DNA of 39,298 nucleotides, taken from NCBI RefSeq assembly GCF_001194135.2, contig NC_068983.1:58442011-58481308 (forward strand). Direction: 5' to 3'. Both the position numbers and the translations under genes were made by a program. This document shows positions 34,481 through 39,298 of the stretch, in pieces; position 1 is the stretch's first letter; each line of letters starts with the position of its first letter. The notes under the pieces are model-generated. The model was not told the DNA's origin and did no database searches. It worked only from the letters and a program-made list of their open reading frames with translations. The DNA is from Octopus bimaculoides (taxonomy: Eukaryota).

Positions 34481-34859
34481 ATGTTTGTATGTATATGTAT
34501 ACAAGTATGTATAAATATATGTTGCTACGTCTATGGTGAGAGGAGCTTCAATCTTTTTTACAATCATAATCGTGTAATTATGTATAAACTTTAGATCTAT
34601 TCTGTACTAGGTTTACACTAATATAATCTCTAACAATATATCTACAATAAGCTTCAAATAACTCATCAAAATCTAAATGTTGTTTACTTCCATTGAAAAT
34701 ATTTCATATTATTAAGTTTCAACTAAATTCCTTTGTTTAATTTAATATTTTAAAATCTGTTTACGTATATTACTAAATTACCTGCTTAATTCTTTTATTT
34801 CATAAAAAATTGCAAAAAAAATTGTTCATTTGATGTTTAAACAATTAGCAAGTCACTTT

Positions 34860-34906
34860 ATATGAGTATGTATGTATGTAAGTATACATATATGTGTGTG
34901 TGTATA

Positions 34907-34977
<71 letters not shown>

Positions 34978-35100
34978 TTACACACACATATATATGTGTA
35001 TATATATACATACACACACACAAATATATATATACACATAGACACACACACATATATATATATATACATATATGTATGCATGTATGTATGTATATGCACA
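34860..35100. repeat. (TA)n/(CA)n microsatellite
   Basis: Direct repeats. Confidence 0.95.
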
Positions 35101-35699
35101 CACGGAGTGTTTGTTTACTGCTTTAAGCAATAAGCTATTGCATAGAAGGAAAGAGAAAAGAGAAAGAGAGAGAGAGATTCACAAGCGCAGAAGAAGTAGA
35201 GGAACCTGAAGTTTTTTTTTATATTTGTTATTTCTAATTTATTTATATATTTTGTTTCATCTTTTTTTTTTTGACATCGCAACAACTGTGCCTTGAAGGA
35301 ATTCAGCTGCTGCTTCTGTTGCAGCTGCAACTTCTGTCACTGCAGCTACCACTTCCATTCTGCATTCTAGCTATTTACCAATTCCAAAGTCTGATAAACT
35401 GTTGCATTGCTAATGGCTTCTTATTGTTGCTCTTCAATATGGTAAATTGAATGCCGTTGTAATTTTTGCCTTAGTACAAATCTTCAAGACAGCCACTGAA
35501 ATGATTTCGTGTTTAAAGTTGTTTCTGTCAACTCAAGATGCTTCTAAGGCCATCTGTTACATTGTCTAGTCAAAGACGATGACATGTAAATGCTTTTTAT
35601 ACGTAACAGACCGTTTACAGAATGAACTAGACTTTTTTTTTCTTGAGCGATCGATCGATCAGTACACTCAAACATATTTGGTTAGAGGAAGGCAACGGC

Positions 35700-36440
35700 A
35701 CTGACTTAGCAGTAGAATCTTCGTCTCCGTTGTCGTCGTCGTCAGCAACAACCTCATCATCATTGCCGTTGTCCTCATCGTCTTCATCATCGTTGCACCA
35801 CCACCACCACCGCCTCCACCATCATTTACCGTCGTTGTCATCGTTTTATGTTCCCTTTCTGCAGCTGTCATTGGTTAGACGGGAATTTCTGAGATAGTTT
35901 TATCGCCCGTTTCCATTCTTATTGCTTTAAGCTCTTCATCACTACTGCCGTTGTCGTCATCATCAGCAGCAGCAATAACATCATCATCATCATCGTTGTC
36001 CTCGTCGTCTTTGTCATCGTCGGACCACCACCACCATCATCATCGTCATCATCATCGTCATCAGCAACAACCTCGTCATCATCGTCATCTTCATCATTGT
36101 CACACCACCATCATCATCATCCTCATCATTGTCATCATCATCAGCAGTAACCCTCTTCATCATCATCGTTGTCCTCATCGTCGTCTTCATCATTGTCGCA
36201 CCACCACCACCATCATCATCATTGTCATCGTCATCGTCGTCAGCAACAACCTCATCATCATCGTTGTTGTCCTCATCATCATCTTCATCATTGTTGCACC
36301 ACCACCACTATCATCGTCATCATCATCATCATCATCGTCGTTGTCATCGTTTTATGTTCCCTTTCTGCAGCTGTCATTGGTTAGACGGGATTTTCTGAGA
36401 CAGAGTTTCATCGTCTGTTTCCATTCTTATTGCTTTAATC
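35700..36440. repeat. (TCA/TCG/CCA)n low-complexity array with a 506-bp-period duplication
   Basis: The unique block tcgttttatgttccctttctgcagctgtcattggttagacggga..ttccattcttattgctttaa occurs at about 35840-35930 and 36346-36438. Confidence 0.85.
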
Positions 36441-36589
36441 TCATCTTCTGAGAAGCAGGAACATGGGTTGCCTTACTGTCGCAAATATATTTCTCTTACA
36501 GCTTTGACTTGTAGTTTTCTGATTAAAAACCTTGCTAATTCGGATATTGTCTTTTAGGCTCCTAAAATATACATATTTAATATATTAGT

Positions 36590-37010
36590 AGAGGTGCGTG
36601 GCTTAGTAATTAAGATGCTGGACTCATGATCGTAAGATGGTGGTTTCAATTTTTCAACCAGGCAGCGCATTGTGTTCTTGAGCAAGATATTTCATTTCAC
36701 GTCATGCCAGTCCACTCAGCTGGCAAAAATGAGTTATCGTGCGAGGGACTAGCGTCCCATCAATGTAGGGTGTATATAAGCCAGAAAATCAGGGTAACCG
36801 GCCCTTTGAGTGTATAAGGCACGTGAAGGGGCTTTGGTGAAGTGTGTGGCTTAGTGGTTAGGCTGTTGGACCTATGATCACAAGATTGGTGTTTCGATTC
36901 CTGGACCGGGTGACACGTTGTTGCCTTGAGCAAAATACCTCATTTTCCGTTGCTCCACTCCTTTCAGCGGTCGAGAGGGGAATATATGTGCCACAGAAAC
37001 CAGGAAACTG
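36590..37010 (+). mobile_element. Two CORE-like SINEs (family D heads, different tail)
   Basis: 36590-36810 and 36835-37010: gtggcttagt..gtttc(g)att, then gtgttcttgagcaaga..ctcagctggcaaaaatgagt, then gccagaaa/cacagaaac..aaccggccct/aactgaccct. Confidence 0.75.
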
Positions 37011-37904
37011 ACCCTATGAGTCTATACGACAGGGGAAGGGTCTTTATTGTTGTTTTATCGTTTAATATATTGACTACACACCTCCCCTACAAAGATTGCT
37101 TTAGTTTCCCCTATGTAGATAATACGAAGTTTATTAAAGGACGGTGAAGTACATTTCAGATTGTTTGAGACAAGTAAAAAGAGACAGAAATACAATCAAT
37201 GATTTCACAATGATTTCTAAGGAAAATATGTCACAACTTCAGGACCAGCAAAGTGTCAATTTTAGTACCTTCCGTTAAAATTTCATTCTAATTTGTGCTC
37301 CAGACTTCTTAATGCCAAAATTATTTCACTAAATTCTTCATTATTTTAAGCATCAATTCAAACAAAGCAATGTATTTAAACAGAAATAAGTTAACAAACT
37401 GACTAAAGACATCTTAATTTTAAACCATCCATCAAAATTTCATATTAATTTAGGTTCCAAGTTTAGGTTCAAAATACCAACTTCTTCATTATTTTGAAAA
37501 ATAATTTAAACAAAAGTAGTGTATTTCACCAGAAATATATAACAAAAGGTTTGAAAATATTTAGCAGAATGTGTCATTTTCTTATTGAGTTTTGGTTTGT
37601 CAGTTTAATCCCTTGGATTTCAACTATTTTGACTTTATGATTTGGTAAAGATCAAAAAAATACTGGGTTCCTTACATGGATACAAGTAATCCTAACTTAA
37701 AGTTCAGCTCTTGTTTAATGACTTTTCCCACCACACCTTTCGCACCCACATGAACATGTCATGCTATGTCACCTACGATTATTGCTGTTGCCACACCAAA
37801 CTATCTGATGCTATCAATACTACTTAATTCAAGCAACTACAATTACCTAAACTGTAAGTTAAGTAATTCCCTTTGTCACAGTACATTAGAATGGCCTGCC
37901 AAAA

Positions 37905-38132
37905 GGCGGCGAGCTGGCAGAAAGGTTAGCACGCTGGGCGAAATGCTTAGTGGTATTTCATCTGCCGTTACGTTCTGAGTTCAAATTCCGCCAAGGTCGA
38001 CTTTGNNNNNNNNNNTTCATCCTTTCGGGGTCAATAAATTGAGTACCAGTTACGCACTAGGGGTCGATGTAATCAACTTGATCCCTTGTTTGTCCGCTCT
38101 ATGTTTAGCCCCTTGTGGGCAATAAAGAAATA
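37905..38132 (+). mobile_element. SINE family A with L1-like tail
   Basis: Full head ggcggcgagctggcag; tail tttgtccgctctatgtttagccccttgtgggcaataaagaaata; diverged TSD 37888-37904 versus 38133-38150. Confidence 0.9.
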
Positions 38133-38225
38133 AGAATGACCTACGGAAAAATAACATGATCCTTTGGACTCTTTGATAATTCATTGTTTTGCTATTTGAA
38201 AGTAGGAATCTTTCCCGAAATATTA

Positions 38226-38321
38226 TGAGATTATTAACCTATGTAAGGTGATACAGTAGCTTTTCTTTTTGTTCTTATTCATTGACATCACCTTACATAT
38301 TTTGCTTAACTCCTCACCTGC
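38226..38321 (+). ncRNA. Candidate microRNA (pri-miRNA hairpin)
   Basis: 13-bp perfect stem 38240-38252/38287-38299 extended by an imperfect upper stem; 13-nt symmetric lower stem; UG at -14; CNNC 17 nt after the predicted 3' cut. Confidence 0.55.
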
Positions 38322-39298
38322 ATTACTCAAAGGTTCCTACAAAGATCTCATTTACAGATACTGCACTACTTCATGCAAAATACTTTTGCTCTCATGTCCA
38401 AAAAATACTACTTTTAAAACTAAAAATTTAGAAAATGTGATAAAAAAAAATCTACTCCTCACCTTTTATTATTAATTAAACTTGTGTTTAATAAAATTAT
38501 CAATAATATGCGTTTCCAGTTATTAATATTGATTTTCAAAAGCTATGAATCATATTCAAAAAGAAAACCACCTCTGAATGCACTGAGAAACCTTTTGATG
38601 TGTATCATTCGAGAAACACTATTCTAATCACTTGATTGTAAACTAGAGAGAATAAGCTTGGGTCTCCTCCTTCTGAGGTTGATAAAAAGGAGGACTGTTT
38701 GTATTACTATATTAGTAGGAGTGGTTGGTTAACTATGCTAATATCATAAGCATCAGGGAGTGGATGTGACAACAACAGTATTAGGTGATGGAGCATGAAA
38801 TGTTGGTGAAGGTGTGAAAAGGAGTGGTGGAGATTATTATTAAACAGTTACTGAACTTTTTAAGACAAGGTTGTTGCTGGTTGTCAGTGGTAGCAGTGAT
38901 AGTAATGATTTTGTCACCATCTTCATCAATATCGTTGTTGTTGTTGTTGTTGTTGTTGCTTTGTTGTTTAATCCTAAGTCAACCCTGACCATGCCGCTCC
39001 ATGTTCAAACAGACGTTCTAAATGTCTGTATCTGGACTTTTGATATTACTAAGGTTACATTGTCCAAAATATCCTTCACTTTTCTAAACACTTTAGGGTG
39101 GGACTCCAAGAGAATTTAACTGTTATTTTTAGCACCTTCTGTAACCAGGTAAAGCCCCCCCACACACACACACACCTACCCATTGGTTTGTGATATGTAA
39201 TATTCAGTGGTCTTTGCAGTACGGTATGCATTCCCTCTGTAAAACTATACTTCAATTTAGAAATTGATACATACGTACATACATACATATATGCATAT

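Noticed and set aside
146-36451. Numerous ORFs of 60-260 aa in the supplied track (poly-I, poly-Y, VCVC, HTHT, poly-X)
   Set aside because: They are translations of microsatellites or of N runs that contain no stop codons; there is no protein-like complexity.

Overview
Eukaryotic, AT-rich, gap-ridden draft-assembly DNA, almost entirely intronic or intergenic. The repeat families match octopus repeats as I remember them (inference, not a database search). No protein-coding host exon could be identified with confidence. Nearly all ORFs in the supplied track are microsatellite or N-gap artefacts. Content: (i) about 35 copies or fragments of four tRNA-related SINE families, labelled here A-D; (ii) seven fragments of restriction-like-endonuclease (R4/Dong-type) non-LTR retrotransposons, six of them in or beside TAA-type microsatellite tracts, with a same-strand pile-up at 8.4-12.1 kb; (iii) an RTE reverse-transcriptase fragment; (iv) two L1/Tx1-type remnants, an ORF1 with a CCHC knuckle and an ORF2 C-terminus with 3' UTR; (v) several Penelope-like remnants carrying hammerhead ribozyme motifs, including one with an intact minimal core (6520-6589, minus) and one apparent G3:C8 core variant; (vi) two terminal-inverted-repeat (TIR) DNA elements, one enclosing a retrotransposon fragment; (vii) two pre-miRNA-sized hairpins on the plus strand, of which 38226-38321 has Microprocessor motifs at the canonical spacing. 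All alignments and folds were done by eye and coordinates of repeat ends are approximate.
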